Shown: one piece after another, positions 38,501-52,500 of the stretch
How the letters are laid out: every line of letters starts with the position of its first letter
How positions within the stretch are numbered: the stretch's first letter is position 1
Source: Saccostrea cucullata
Lineage: Eukaryota
Reading direction: 5' to 3'
Length of the DNA stretch: 64,000 nucleotides
Assembly: GCF_032062105.1 (NCBI RefSeq)
Contig: NW_026926909.1
Span: 62,001 to 126,000 of the forward strand
Made by a program: the position numbers and the translations under genes
The notes under the pieces: model-generated
Databases searched by the model: none
The model's input: only the letters and a program-made list of their open reading frames with translations
Told to the model about the DNA's origin: nothing

Positions 38501-41500
38501 TGCTTTTGTTTCGTAAATTGGATGAGTTGTCAAGATGGAAAGATGGAAATGTATATTTTGTATTAGTCCAAAAAATAACATGTAAAATATAAAAATTGTA
38601 AAAAAGCCATTAAAACGTCAGATTTTTTGGACTAATTTTGTATATAATATTAAACTGCATGCACTTACAAGAGCACTTCTGTACCAACCTATATATGTGT
38701 TGTTATTTATCTTATAAATAATTTATGTTCGTTTGAGTGGAAACGATTATGTTATGGTGTTTCATACAGGAATAATATGAATGACAAGGTACAAAGTTAG
38801 ATAACTGGTATTTGACTCGGTTTATTGCAAACATAAACAGGTGGATATTTGGTTTGTCTATTTAATTATTGACAACTTAAATCTTCATCATGATTTTTTC
38901 TTTAGCCTTAGCTGACATAAAAACCTCATACATTTATTCAGATGGTAACTAATTTAAGCTAAAGGGCATACCCGGTATCATATTGACTATAAGAACCACT
39001 CCATAGACCACTTGGACAAGGAATGGGGGGGGGGGGGGCACTCCAACTCAATGCTAATATGTTCAGGCATAATTGACAGCAAATATGTTAAAGTGCTACC
39101 TTTTTTTTGTGTTCTCCATAAGCTGTAATATGGTACTTTATAAATAAAAAATTAGTCCTCCTTTTATTCTAGCTCCCTTAAACCTCATTGCAGGTGGAAG
39201 AATAATTTGAAGCAGGAAGATTTCAATGAAGGCAGAGTTATTTCTAAAACATCTATGTGATTGGGCAAATTTTAAAAGATATAATTATTTAAGGTACAAT
39301 AAATGGTATTTGAAACTTTAAAATGGGCAAAGATAACCCTGTATATGACCAGTATTCATTAGTTTTGTTGCTTGTCAAATTACATAACAATTTACTGAAC
39401 CATGATTGGAATTGTCTAACAAATACATCTTATTTCACCTGTTGTGTATGAACCATCTATAGATGGTTACATCTATTTACCTATACAGCTGTAACATCTG
39501 TCAGAAAGTAATTTGTGAGAAGTAGACTCAAAGAACATGGCCAGATGAATGTTTTTGTTTGCCTATCATAACAAGTGAGTACACTTCATACACCTGTTCC
39601 TCATCAGGAAGTGATACATACAATGTTTATTCCAAGTTATTACTTATTGGCCCAGTCAACATTTTGTGATCTATACAACCAAGTAATCTGACTATCAAAC
39701 AAAAAAATATATGGGAAAAAAATCATCTTGACCTAATTTTCATATCAGGACACTCTTAAATGTGCTTAAGCTTTCAAAAGAAGAAAAAACAGCGGAAAAA
39801 CATCCTTAACCTTCCTCTGTTAAGTTTTTAATGATAGTCACTCAAATTTCTCATCCAAAAATAATTCATTTGAAGATCAGATTGATTTAATTAGAATGAT
39901 TACATTCCACTTAATCATGTGAAATAAATTCTGTCCATAAGGCTTGTGATGCCACAGACAAAGGCTTTGGTACATTAAGCAGCTGTTTGTTACAGTCAAT
40001 AGCTTACCTCCATTACATTTCCTTGTAGCTTTATTAATGTGTTCTGGGTCTTTTATCACAACAAATTAAAGTTTGATATCTATAACTAAGATCTATAAAA
40101 ATGCAGCAACTGAGGCTGATTTTTTTTTTTTAAACATCACCTATAAAGGTTATTCATATAACATTTGAAAGACTATGGGGCTTATGGGTAGAAATACATA
40201 TTTGTTTGCAAAGCATTGCACAAATATGCTTGACATAATAAAATTTTAATCACCAAGATTATGAGTGTCTTTCACTATCTAACAAAGAACATAGGTAATC
40301 AGAGATTACAGAGCTCACCTCAACGAATGTTGTCTTTAAGTAAGGCAAAGTCACACAATTAACCAACAAAAAGTATACATTCCAAAAATGAAAATATTTT
40401 TAAAAGCAATTTTGATCTGATACTTTGAAATAGACCTACATAAAAAATTTAAACTACTACTTCTTCAATGTAATGAAAATCCAGCATCTGAAGCAAATTT
40501 GAGAGTTTTCATCTCTTGATGCAGCATTTGTGCAAGTTTGGTTTATACAATGTTATATAAGCCTTATAGTTTTTGGTAATAGACCTGCAACCATAACTTT
40601 TACCTTGTCTATTATCTGAAAAATGTATGTCCAATTCAGCATCCGAAGCAAGTCCATTAGTGTGCACCAAAATTTTAACCTATACACTCAACTGGAAAAT
40701 GTAGGTCAGATTCAGCATCCGAAGCAAGCCCCGTAGTATGCATCCTTAGATGTATCATCCATGCAAGTTTGGTCAACATAGGGCTTATAGTTACTTTGAA
40801 ATGAAACCCACACCAAAAACTTTAACCTGTTCACTCAACTGGAAAATGTAGGTCAGATTCAGCATCCGAAGCAAGCCCGGTAGTATGCATCCTTAGATGT
40901 ATTATCCATGCAAGTTTGGTCAACATAGGGCTTATAGTTACTTGGAAATGAAACCTGCACCAAAATTTTAACCTATACACTCAACCGGAAAATGTAGGTC
41001 AGATTCAGCATCCGAAGCAAGCCCGGTAGTATGCATCCTTAGATGTATCATCCATGCAAGTTTGGTCAACATAGGGCTTATAGTTACTTGGAAATGAAAC
41101 CTGCACCAAAAACTTTAACCTGTTCACTCAACCGGAAAATGTAGGTCAGATTCAGCATCCGAAGCAAGCCCGGTAGTATGCATCCTTAGATGTATCATCC
41201 ATGCAAGTTTGGTCAACATATGGCTTATAGTTACTTGGAAATGAAACCTACACCAAAAACTTTAACCTGTTCACTCAACCGGAAAATGTAGGTCAGATTC
41301 AGCATCCGAAGCAATCACGGTAGTATGCATCCTTAGATGTATCATCCATGCAAGTTTGGTCAACATAGGGCTTATAGTTACTTGGAAATGAAACCCACAC
41401 CAAAAACTGCACCAAAAATGTTAACCTGCTTCAAAAACATTAACCTGGCAATTCCTTTGCTGAAATTGCAGCATCTGAAACTTTGTCTGGTACAATAAAA

Positions 41501-44500
41501 CACACTAAAACCATCTTCCATGCATGTCTAATCAGTATAGGACACAGAAGTAATTAAAAAGAAAACTGCTCCAAAAAACTTAACCTTAACCTGGGACGCC
41601 GACCCGACACCGACACCGACGCCGACGCCGAGGGTATCACATAAGCTCCCCCCAACTTCGTTGAGGTGAGCTAAAAAGGGGTCAGTTATGAAGGCTTTTT
41701 TCTTCTCCTCAATGAATCACATCAATACAAATTTTGCCTTTTGGTTCTAGTAAGCCACTTTTTTTTTTTTTTTTTTTAGAAATATTCAGATTAAAGGTTG
41801 TTAACATTAATGAAATAAATCTTATAGACATAGAAACCATTACAACATTTACAGAATAAATCTCTTTAGATGCTGTCTGTTTGATAATAGGAGCCTGCAC
41901 CAGTTATCACTCATACTTATCATTTCTTAGAAACCCAAAGTGACATCTGAAAGGAAAATTCAATATTGTGGCTGGTAATTTTTGTGAGATAGGCTGAAAG
42001 TTCTGGTGTTTGGTACATGGTATTCTGAAATGATTCAGACAATTTTAACACACAAAACAGAGAGGCTGAGTCACACATACACACACAAAGAAACGACCTT
42101 GAAGTCTCAGAATGAATCCGTTGAGATCTTTTATTGGATGAAAATGTCATTTTTTTAATTAATAAATCAATGTTCTCTTAACATGATTTTAAAAAAAACC
42201 ATTTAATTAATAGTCTTAATGCTCCTGTATGTTCAAATACCACGTACTGTTGCATTATAGCTGAAGTAAAATTATTTCAAATACCTATATATCTATGAAT
42301 TACTTTCACCCTGGTATAGTTATATGATTATAGATAATTTTTTATGAATTTTGTCACCATAACCTGATAGAGGAGGAATCTATTTTTGCCTTCAATCAAA
42401 TTAAACTACTTTGCCAAGTTTCTATTTATGAACAAGAAAAGGCATGGATAAAGTTGTTAGCACTTAAATTATATAATTTCTTTTTATTATGAAACCTTTA
42501 ACCAGGATTTAATTTTTTTTAAGTATTTGTCTCCAACAGATCTGATTTGAAAAAAACCCAAACCAAAGATGCCTATATACATGTACTACAAAATTATGGT
42601 ATATACATGTATATCCCATTGCTTAATAGGTAAAGTTGGATGTCACAGAAGACCCTATATGTAAATCGGTTTTACGAGCTCTGGTCAGTAGCCCAATGTG
42701 ATTAATGACTGACATGAATCAGCTCTGATGAGAAGATGTGTCACCTCTAACTGTAGAAACGGTCATTGATGTGGTCAGCCAGAAAATGTTGGTCAGAAAG
42801 ATGCCAGGGTCAAGGGATGTCCAATCAGCACAATAGATTTATAAAGGGGGATGAAATCAATCGGTGGGGAAAAGCTGAAGAGTCAGATTTCATTTTCGAC
42901 GCAACAAAGCTGGCTATTCTTGTGATATTACAGCAGGAAATTGTGAGTCATTGAACATGACCAATATTTGGATAATGAAGGCAATTAGAAAGAGTAAATA
43001 ATATTATTCATGCATGAGTTATCAGGCAATCCCTGACAGTGCTTGAAGTTCATCACTGATTAATGAAAAAAAAATGCTCATATCAAGATTCTTTGTTTAA
43101 GATGAATACTGAAATTAGGAAATGCTAATTTCAATACCCAGAAAATGCTATAATTTTTAATATCAATTTGATTAAAAAATTTAAAATGGTTACATTAAAA
43201 ATCACAAAAAATTTATCAGTAAGGTTATTGTCAGAATCTGAGCTTGGTAAAATGGTTTGTCGAATCAGCCAAAATAAAATCATGTACAAACTGCACTTGC
43301 TAGTCTAGCTGGCTCATTGAACCTGTCAACAGGGTAATGCAGACGTGAGATGGAATTTTTATCTGTGTCCATCACTTGAGAAGAAATCAGACAGCTCCAA
43401 TGGTTTATTGGGGTCAAAGGGCATTGAGAAGTGCAGATTGAAACAAGATAAATTATCAGCTGCTTGGCACGTTTTGTAAACAAACAAAAGGCATGTTTCT
43501 ACAATGAACTGAATTGTATGCCCAACATAACCCAGACAGGTATTTATTGCCATAGACACACATTCAGATGAAAAATGAACATAGCTAGCTGGCAATTTCA
43601 TTCAGATGTCTATAGAGTCTGCATGTGCCTTAATGCATCATTAAATGCATGCACACACATGAAACTCTATTTAGAAGCATTTTAGAAGCAGATGTAGTCC
43701 TGTGCTTAGTCATCTGTAGAAAACATCTGGCTCGATCTCATTTCAGTGGCCATAGCTGCCAAAGAAAGATAACTCAGTCTACTTTTAAGCTTGCTTTCAG
43801 ATTTATCCTTCTTAAAATGAATGTATCAAAAATGAGGACTCCCAATAAATAGTACAGTATGTGTCTTTTAATATCCATTCCTCCGTCTTATGAAGTAGAA
43901 AGAAAAAGGCTTAAGAAAGGCAACTCCAGATATTTGGGTGAACATTAAAGAAGTCAAAATAATTTATGTCATTACAATGAAATGATAATTGTATTTTATT
44001 TGAAGCAAATAATCAAATAATTTGATACAAAATGATTTAATATCGTATAAGGGGAAATTTTAGTGAGACGCAAATCAAGCAATATGTCCTCAAAAAGTGG
44101 ATTTTTAGTGAGATGTAATTTTAGGAATTTCAAAATGCTCACTATAGAAGCTATTACAAATAAAATGTGATTAGTTGTTAGCGATATTCAATTTTAACAA
44201 TCTCATACCCTCACTAATATTAATGCCCAAATTAAATCCTTGCTAAAAATTCTGCTTATGTTGTATTCATGTTACTACATACATGTATGAATATTTATGA
44301 TCACTCACTGCAAGTACATGTATGAAATCTTGTAGGATGGTTAAAGTAGATTTTTAAAAAAGGTATCTAACTCAGAAATTCTGTTGTGGGAAGGTGGTGG
44401 TGGTGGTGGTGGGGGGGGGGCTTTCTTTAACTTAAAAAAAAAAATTGGCATATTTTCTTTCCTTTCAAATGCTAAAATTCAAATTACAGCAAACTACAGC

Positions 44501-45764
44501 AAAAAATTCTAAGAATCCCCCCCCCCACACACACACACTATAGGCCTTTAAAAGAAAGAGCAGATTTCTGTAACTCAGTGATTTATATTCTATCAAACAT
44601 TTTCTTCACATTTATCATGAAGAAAAAATAAAGTTACTCAGGGGATACAAAGATTCATATTAACAAGTCAAGATAGTTAATGTTGGGGGTCACCTATTTA
44701 CGGGCCCTGGTCAAAAGATTATGAACATTGATGTGTCTATTTAATTAACTTCATTATGAATAGAAAAAAACAAGAGGCCCATGGGCCATATCGCTCACCT
44801 GAGAAGCTTTGACCATTCTGTTCTTTACCAGATTTCCCCCTTGTCATACATAATGCATCCCCACCCTACCCCACTGATCATAATTTGGACATTTTGAAAT
44901 CTACACTACCCCAGGATCCTTCCATGTGCTCATAAGTTTCAGCTTTTCTGGCCCAGTGGTTCTTGAAAAGAAGATTTTCAAAGATTTTTCCTATATATTT
45001 CTATGTAAAACTTTGATTCCCCATTGTGGCCCTACCCTTTCCCCAGGGGTCATGATTTGAACAATTTAGAATCTACACTACCCCAGGATGCTTCTACATA
45101 AGTTTCAGCTTTTCTGGCCCAGTGGTTCTTGAGAAGAAGATTTTCAAAGATTTTTCCTATATATTTCTATGTATAAATTTGATTCCCCATTGTTGCCCCG
45201 CCCTTCCCCAGGGGGTCATAATTTGAACAATTTAGAATCTACACTACCCCAGGATGCTTCCACATAAGTTTCAGCTTTTCTGGCCCAGAGGTTCTTGAGA
45301 AGAAAAATTTCTAAGATTTTTCCTATTTATTTCTATGTAAAACTTTGATTCCCCATTGTGGCCCTACCCTTTCCCCAGGGGTCATGATTTGAACAATTTA
45401 GAATCTACACTACCCCAGGATGCTTCCACATAAGTTTCAGCTTTTCTGGCCCAGTGGTTCTTGAGAAGAAGATTTTCAAAGATTTTTCCTATATATTTCT
45501 ATGTAAAACTTTGATTCCCAATTGTGATCCCGCCCTTCCCCCGGGGGTCATGATTTGAACAATTTAGAATCTACACTACCCCAGGATGCTTCCATATAAG
45601 TTTCAGCTTTTCTGGCCCAGTGGTTCTTGAGAAGAAGATTTTTTAATGACCCCACCCTATTTTTGTCTTTTCTTAATTATCTCCCCTTGTGAGGGGACTT
45701 GGCCCTTTATTTTAACAATTTAAATTCCCCTTCACCCAAGGATGCTTTGTACCAAGTTTGGTCA

Positions 45765-45801
<37 letters not shown>

Positions 45802-45859
45802 GTGAAAAGTTTACAGACGGACAGACAGACGCACGCACGGACGGACGACGGACAAAATG

Positions 45860-45898
<39 letters not shown>

Positions 45899-47504
45899 GG
45901 TGAGCTAAAAACTTGATTGGGGGGGGGGGGGAAGTTGTGTATTACATGTATCATTTCACTTGCCAAAGATGGCAAAGTCCAACCAGGATTTGGACCTAGA
46001 TCCTTCAACTGGAAATAGTGTCTTGACATATTGAACATGTTGCTAGCAATCATCATAACTGTTACAAATTATTATTGCCTTATTTCTATGTGAAGACATC
46101 AACATAGTACTGAATGGAAGAAAAAGGGATAAAAGGACCTAGAAACTCTTAAACTCCAAATAGATGATCGTCACACCCAAAGTAATCTGGCAACATATAT
46201 AAATGAATTTCTGGCTACATGTATTTCAATGTAATCAAGATTTAAAGTTATAAAACTGTTACCTCTTCTCCTGGTTCTAACCTCTGTTCCTCGAAACAAA
46301 AGCACTGAAAAGGGAATACAATTCTTAAAAGTACATGTACTCTGAATATTTAGCAAATATTTGTTATGAAAATATTAATTCTGACATTGCTTAGAAGAAT
46401 TATGTTAATCAGTACATGTAATGCCATTTATTTCTGATACCTGTATTTTATTGAAATAGTATCCAGCTTGCCAGGGAACTATGGTATAGGTAGAAATCCC
46501 TATGATGGGCTTGTCTGTGGGGTTTTTGGCTGTGTAAAATGCCAATGCAGTCTCTCCCACACGAACCTGTCACATTGAGAAACACATAATAGAGCCCAAG
46601 TATAAATAGTTACACATATTAACTATGTATCTTTTTTTCAGCAATATATTTGTCAGAAGTATTTTAAATCATTCTTTTGAAATTGCAAAACTAAGCTAGA
46701 TTCCACAATCTACAGGAGTAAGATAGACAATATGGCGTACCTGTATCTCCTTTTGCTGAGGTTTAAACTGCCACTGCATCTGAGCGGATCGGTCGGCATT
46801 AAATTTGACTGTGATCACTTTATCCTGTGGTTTCATGGCCTCCACTTTTTCATTGCTTAACTTGACAGCCTTACCTCCTCTTCCAGTTTTCTGTATTTAA
46901 AAAAAGACAAAAACATCAGGCATATTAAAAGAAAGTAAAATGATGTCATTATCAGTGTTTGTTTGTATGAAGTGTCTCTAAGCATGTTAGACATTTTTAG
47001 ACAGTTACCTTGATTAACTCAAGTTCACAGTATCTTAAAGTACATGTATTTCCATGGTCCCAATGTGAATGAGTTTGAAATAATGTGGCTTGACTGTAAT
47101 ATCTATCTAAATAAATCATATTAAATTTAAAAACAAAACATGATACAAATCCCTGGATAAATTCTTGAGCTTACCTGACAGAAGACTCGGTAGAGGGGAA
47201 CAGATAAAATAGTTGCTCCTGTCATAACAATGGCCACTGCTATAGAATAACGCAATCTATCTGCTGCACCAGAATCCGACTTTGAAGACTGATATCTTAC
47301 ACAGTTTGTTAAAAAAGTAAGCTTGTGTCTCGGTTTATTCAATGATATGCTGAAGTTACTAATTGAATGATGAAAATTCCTTGGCACAGAATGAAAGTAG
47401 GAAGGTCCAGATAATTTAGACAAACATTTCCAGCAACTGGGAGAGTTTTTTGTTGAGTTGTTCACCACTGTTTTAAATAATATATTTCCTATGAATGGAA
47501 CCAT
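35506..47504 (-). CDS. COX11: Cytochrome c oxidase copper chaperone COX11 (268 aa, 5 coding exons)
   Basis: Exons 47504-47175, 46890-46741, 46566-46441, 46304-46263, 35664-35506, all phase-0 GT-AG. Motifs VPLYRVFCQ, VKFNAD, GETALAFYTAKNPTDKPIIGISTY, YFNKIQ|CFCFEEQRL (Cu-binding CFC), MPVFFYLDP, LSYTFF. Confidence 0.95.
36079..36251. mobile_element. Small MITE with ctgtatacaggg TIRs
   Basis: ctgtatacaggg...ccctgtatacag, preceded by TA. Confidence 0.6.
40281..41677 (+). mobile_element. Helentron/HINE-type element carrying a ~147-bp tandem array (about 5 near-identical units)
   Basis: Marker ggtcagattc at 40704, 40851, 40997, 41144, 41291; (gacgcc/gacacc)n microsatellite; subterminal agctcacct (40312) / aggtgagctaaaa end. 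Confidence 0.85.
44768..45910 (+). mobile_element. CvA/Helentron-type element with 166-bp oyster satellite units
   Basis: aaacaagaggcccatgggcc start; unit marker aatctacactacccc at 44898, 45070, 45236, 45402, 45568; GACA/GACG microsatellite; terminal hairpin tgagccttcggctca. Confidence 0.9.
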
Positions 47505-48113
47505 CCTGTTAAAAATAAAAACAAAAGCACATTCAAATTCTGTTAAAAGCTATAAAATTAAGTTTGATGGTGACAAGAACTGATAATTTACCCTGGTAAT
47601 AGTCATCACTATAATTATGTACAGTTTTCCATCCAAAATTACATATTACTTGAGTTTTGAAAAAGAACTCAAGCAATGGTGAAACTTTTATACACAAAAT
47701 CTTACTCTATTTAATGGCATGCTCATGCCCTTAGTGCAATTAAATTTTTTTAATATATATTTGGGAGTTCTACATGGTTTACTGTGAGGATTAGTTGTAA
47801 TTGACTTCATTTAAAATTATTATCATCATTGTAAATCGTTTACTTATGCGCAAAAATCCAGTTTTTCTCTTGTCTTTCTGACTGATACCACTAAGTTAAA
47901 AATTTGAGAAACTTGACCCTTGATTACATATGTGGCAGTCAAATGGGTTCAGCTGTCGGTGGATTAAATGATATTGGTGACTTAGTAAGATCACACGAAC
48001 AATAATATAAAATTTTGTAGAGACTGAATGCAAATGAGCAAGTACCAGTATATTCATTGAGTAAAGAATGAATTCTGAGGAAAATTTGTCATGCCATTCC
48101 CGCTTTACAATTA

Positions 48114-48534
48114 GTGTAACTCTGTCAAGGCCCAAGCTGATGTTGGGTAGTACATAAACTAAGGTCAATTGCCAGGGAAGAGCCTGGGGTGGTGGCCTCT
48201 GAGGGCCAGTCAGATTTCAATCACTTGTGGCCAGAATTAGCTTCAGGGGGCCGAATTTAAATCCCTCTCTGGTTCACTACATTTTTTAACCTTTTTGTTA
48301 CATTTGGTGCCATGCTATGGCCAAGAAGTGACAAGTGAGAGGCTGCCAGGGAAAACCCTGAGATGGTGTCTTTCAGGGGACTAAGACCTTTAAGGAGGGA
48401 GGAATGGAGCAGTCAGATGAGTTCAATCAATAGTAGCCAGTCAGCTCAGTTGGTAGAGCACCTGACTGGAGATTCAGGGGGCCCAGGTTCGAATCCTGGT
48501 CTGGTCCGCTGCATTTTTTGCCTCTCCCTTTACA
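48114..48534 (+). mobile_element. Decayed Helenus-type TRIM
   Basis: gttaca|tttggtgcc LTR-PBS junction (48297-48311), the same PPT tttaaggagggaggaatg, tRNA-like 48435-48506, ends ...ccctttaca. Confidence 0.7.
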
Positions 48535-48559
48535 CTTACAATGCTTTGGTTGTGTAACT

Positions 48560-48888
48560 ATAGATAGTTTTCGATTGACCAAGAGTTACTTCCCGTTGGC
48601 CGCCATACTGGAGGTCCAAATGCTCATATTCCTTCATTGTTCAACCAATTAAAAATTTTTATATTTGCTATTTTGAATAAGTAATCATTATTTTTCTGAA
48701 GTATATAAATTTTTGGAAGCCTCCTTTATTTAAAAAAAATTATTTGATAAAGATTTTCCACCAAATATTTCTGTTATATTTTCTTAAACTTGGTAAGACA
48801 AAGAGGGAAAATCACTGAGTCGACCTCCAATATGGCGGCCAACGGGAGGTAACTTTCGCTAAATTCAGGCCTATCGAAAACTATCTAT
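48560..48888. mobile_element. MITE with bipartite TIRs
   Basis: atagatagttttcgat / atcgaaaactatctat plus inner inverted repeat gttacttcccgttggccgccatactggaggtc / gacctccaatatggcggccaacgggaggtaac; no TSD seen. Confidence 0.7.
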
Positions 48889-49156
48889 TGATTTCACCTT
48901 GATTGGATTTCGTTATAATTTTACTTCGTATTCTTTCTAAATTCTTCCCAACAAATGATCTATATTTAGACAGAAATTCCTAAGTAATTCAGATTTCAGC
49001 CATTAAAAATCCTACCCTCTCTGTACAACAGGGGGCTAATAAATTAGGAGGCACAAAATACTATTTCGAATTTCCTCAAATGTTTGCTTTAACTGCCAAT
49101 CTGCATACAATATACCTCGCTGATTATTTGGGTTTAAAATATAAATCAATACTAAC

Positions 49157-49585
49157 CTTAACGAATATTAAGCTAAATTAATTAAATGGTCGAAAACGTC
49201 ACAGATCCATTACAAAATCAGATATTATGCAAGCCGCTTGCCCAGCACATAAGGTTGTTAAACCGGAAATAAACCAAATGAAACTAAACGCCAAAATCCA
49301 CAAATTTAAAAATGCTAATTTTGGTAAAAAGAAAAAAAAGGGCCTCGGTTAAGATAAAAGGAAGACTATTTTAAACATTTTATACACATTTTCCACCAAA
49401 TAAATTTCTTTTAAAACTTTCAAAAATTTTTGTGTATATTTGCTGATTGATATTAAAGGATATCCGGATACATTTCATTCAAGATGGCAGCCCCCATATG
49501 CCACCTCTGACATCGGTGAAATCTCCAGATTTTATGGACGTTGTTCTTTTTTGTTTTATTTAGAACCTAAAGCTAAAGAGATACA
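49157..49585. promoter_or_regulatory. Putative bidirectional promoter COX11/DRG2
   Basis: Divergent genes; candidate COX11 5'UTR donor AAG|gttagt at 49157; ETS-like ccggaa (49263) and YY1-like caagatggc (49480). Confidence 0.5.
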
Positions 49586-52500
49586 ATGGGTATTCTGGAG
49601 AAAATAGCTGAAATTGAGAGGGAAATTTCCCGAACTCAGAAAAATAAAGGTTTGTCACTTTGTGTGAAATGTCAGCATGCATAATTTGATAATATTTGAT
49701 GTTTTGAAGCATTTCAAGTGAATTTCTTGAGCCAAAAGGTTGTTTTTATCAAACGTTTTAAAAAAATATCAGCCATAATTTAAATGTGCCTTAATTTTCT
49801 CTGCTTTTCATAATTAAAGCAGAAACTCATTCTAAAATAGCGGAACGACTTTACTTTACCGGTCCCCAGAAAAACGCGCTAAAATGTAGTGTCGCCGAAG
49901 GCGACTTCAGTATATATGAGATCGCGTGAGCGATCGAAAAAAAATTTAAATACGAGGTTTTTTGGCCTTTTGACCCCAAAACTGAATTCTACGGTTAAAA
50001 GTTTAGTTTAAAACTTTGTTTTTAATCAAAGATTTTAACCTAGTTCTCTGAAAAAAAATTAATAAATAGTTGTTTATTCATGGAAAAAATCGACAAAGAA
50101 TAATTCTGAACGAAGAGCGTGCGGCGCATGCTTAATGTCATTTCTTTCGGACTTAGCCAATCTTCCATGTAAACAAACGAAGGAAATGCCTATGAATCTG
50201 AATTATGATCTTGGAAAAATTACAGAAACAACTGAATTTCTTAACTTAACTAAAAGAACTATTCACTAACCCTAATCCATCGTATGGTATGCAAGGACTA
50301 AGACGTTCAGACGAAATCTCCCGGGCAGATGCTAAACTAACCCTAATCAGTCGAATAATGTGCGAGGACTAACCCTAATTTCTCGGATGGACGCGAGACT
50401 AACCCTAATCAGTCGAATACTAGTGCAAGGACTAACCCTAATCTCTCAGGTGGGTGCAAGACTAACCCTAATCAGTCGAATAGTGTGCAGATTTAATCCA
50501 TTTCAGTTGAGTGACGTAGTTGTTACGTCATAGTCCAATGAGCGCGAGGATCTTGCGGATCTGGGGACCGGTAAAGTAAAGTCTACCCAAAATAGCTAAA
50601 TAAAGCTATATTATATAGGTAAATAAAGATGTATAGGTAAATTAAGCTATATAGCTAAATATAGTGATTTTCCTGGACCTGAAATAAGCTTTCCTTAAAA
50701 TTAGTCTGTCATTAATGGAAAGAAAAAAAATATTACCTTTACTGTTGGAATCTACCTCCACAGCCCCCTCCTTTCCTGGGAAAAAATATCTTTATATTAG
50801 GGTCGTCTTGAAAATAATCACTCTGTACTAACTTCGGAGTGGGTACATGAAAATAAGTAATCTGAAAGAATAGCTAAAATTTGCCAGCAAAAATGGTCAA
50901 TGACATAAATAATATGTTGACGGTGGGACCATAATGCAAGAGCAGATATTTCTTTTGTTGTAATTTAGATCGGGTTCATCAAACCGCACGTGCCATTTGA
51001 TGCATTTAGACGCTGATGTCATATGACGTCGTATGTAAGTTACATTACAAAAAAGAAGCCTGAACAATGCTGAAAAATAAATGAAAAACGTTTCATTTAC
51101 AATTTCTCTTCAATATTTATCCATTAACTCAGGGCGTGCTAACTTTTAGTTAAACTTTTGCAGCTGTTCTCGTGAGAACGTAGCTTTTAACAAGTGATGC
51201 ATTGTGGGTCCAGAGAACTGAGGAAAAAAATTCTGATGAATGAATGTGCATTAGTCCGAATTTTCTCTTCGCCCAGGCGTTGCTTTAAGAGCTCCCAGTG
51301 AAGAGTGACTCTTGCTGCGCTCACTATAAACAATAATAAACCGAAAATACTTCTGCATGCAAAAATAAGGAAAACATTTGCAAGTAAGGTCATCTTTAAA
51401 TTAATGTTTGTTTGCCCTCTCCTGACTCAGGATTAAACTATTGGGGTGGTAGGTAGTTGGGAAAATCTTTATTCCAGAAAATGTCAACATTTTTGCTGAT
51501 GGGATACAAGGAATAGAAAGAAAAGAAATAGTGTCTCCTGGAATGTAAAAAGAAAAAAATTAAAGATGACCTAATCTTTTAATAATTGTTTGAACATGGT
51601 CGTGTATATATTAAAAACACTGATTCCAGAAATTATGTTCTTTACAGTTAATTTTATCTATTTCACATCAAAAAGCAGATCACTGCAAAAAAGTTCCATG
51701 GAATTAGACCTCTTATTGAGCAGTGTGTAGGACTTCCTAATCTTGATTTTCAAAAAATATAAGAGAAATAAACCAGTCTTCATTCACTTTGTCCTTTGAG
51801 CTCAAAAAATAAGTGTTTATGATTATTTATTTATATTTTTTTCTTTAGCTACTGAGTTGGTGATTAAAATATTTATTTTGTTTTAGCTACTGAGTACCAT
51901 CTCGGATTGCTGAAAGCAAAACTTGCCAAGTACAGACAACAGTTGTTGGAACCAGGGGGAAAATCAGCATCCAAGGTTTTTAAAGTCATTTCATGTGAAA
52001 AGAAATTTCTTCTGTTGCGCATTTATTTCATTATGTTCATGGTATCAATACACAGAGAAAAGTCAAAGTTTTTTATAATACTGAATTCCATGATATAAAA
52101 ATATGGAACTTCTAGGAACATGATTTACATTTGTCAATAACATTATAATATTGACTGCCTGAAAATAAATTTTATCAAACCAATTTTTGATGACATTAAA
52201 TGGATAATGTTGTTTTGATTCTAGGGAGAGGGTTTTGATGTGATGAAATCTGGAGATGCCAGGGTAGCTCTTATAGGATTCCCATCAGTAGGCAAGGTGT
52301 GGATGTTTAATTAATGTACATAAATTACATGTAGTTACATATTAATTTAGGTTTTCAACAAAAAAAGAAAACCTGATACACTGTACTGAGTTTTATATGA
52401 GTGCTGACTGTTTTAGAATATCAAAACATGTAGGCAGAATACTGTACAGTGAATTATAGTTACAGTTGTTTTCGAGTAAGAAGCAAAATAACTTTTATAA

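Noticed and set aside
49516-49563. Micro-intron or trans-splice acceptor just before the DRG2 ATG
   Set aside because: A pyrimidine tract + AG is present, but the implied intron is only 48 nt with a weak donor, and nothing else supports it.
50265-50490. CRISPR-like repeat-spacer appearance
   Set aside because: Eukaryotic intron, 12-bp repeat, spacers are related alternating copies, no cas genes; it lies inside a TIR element.
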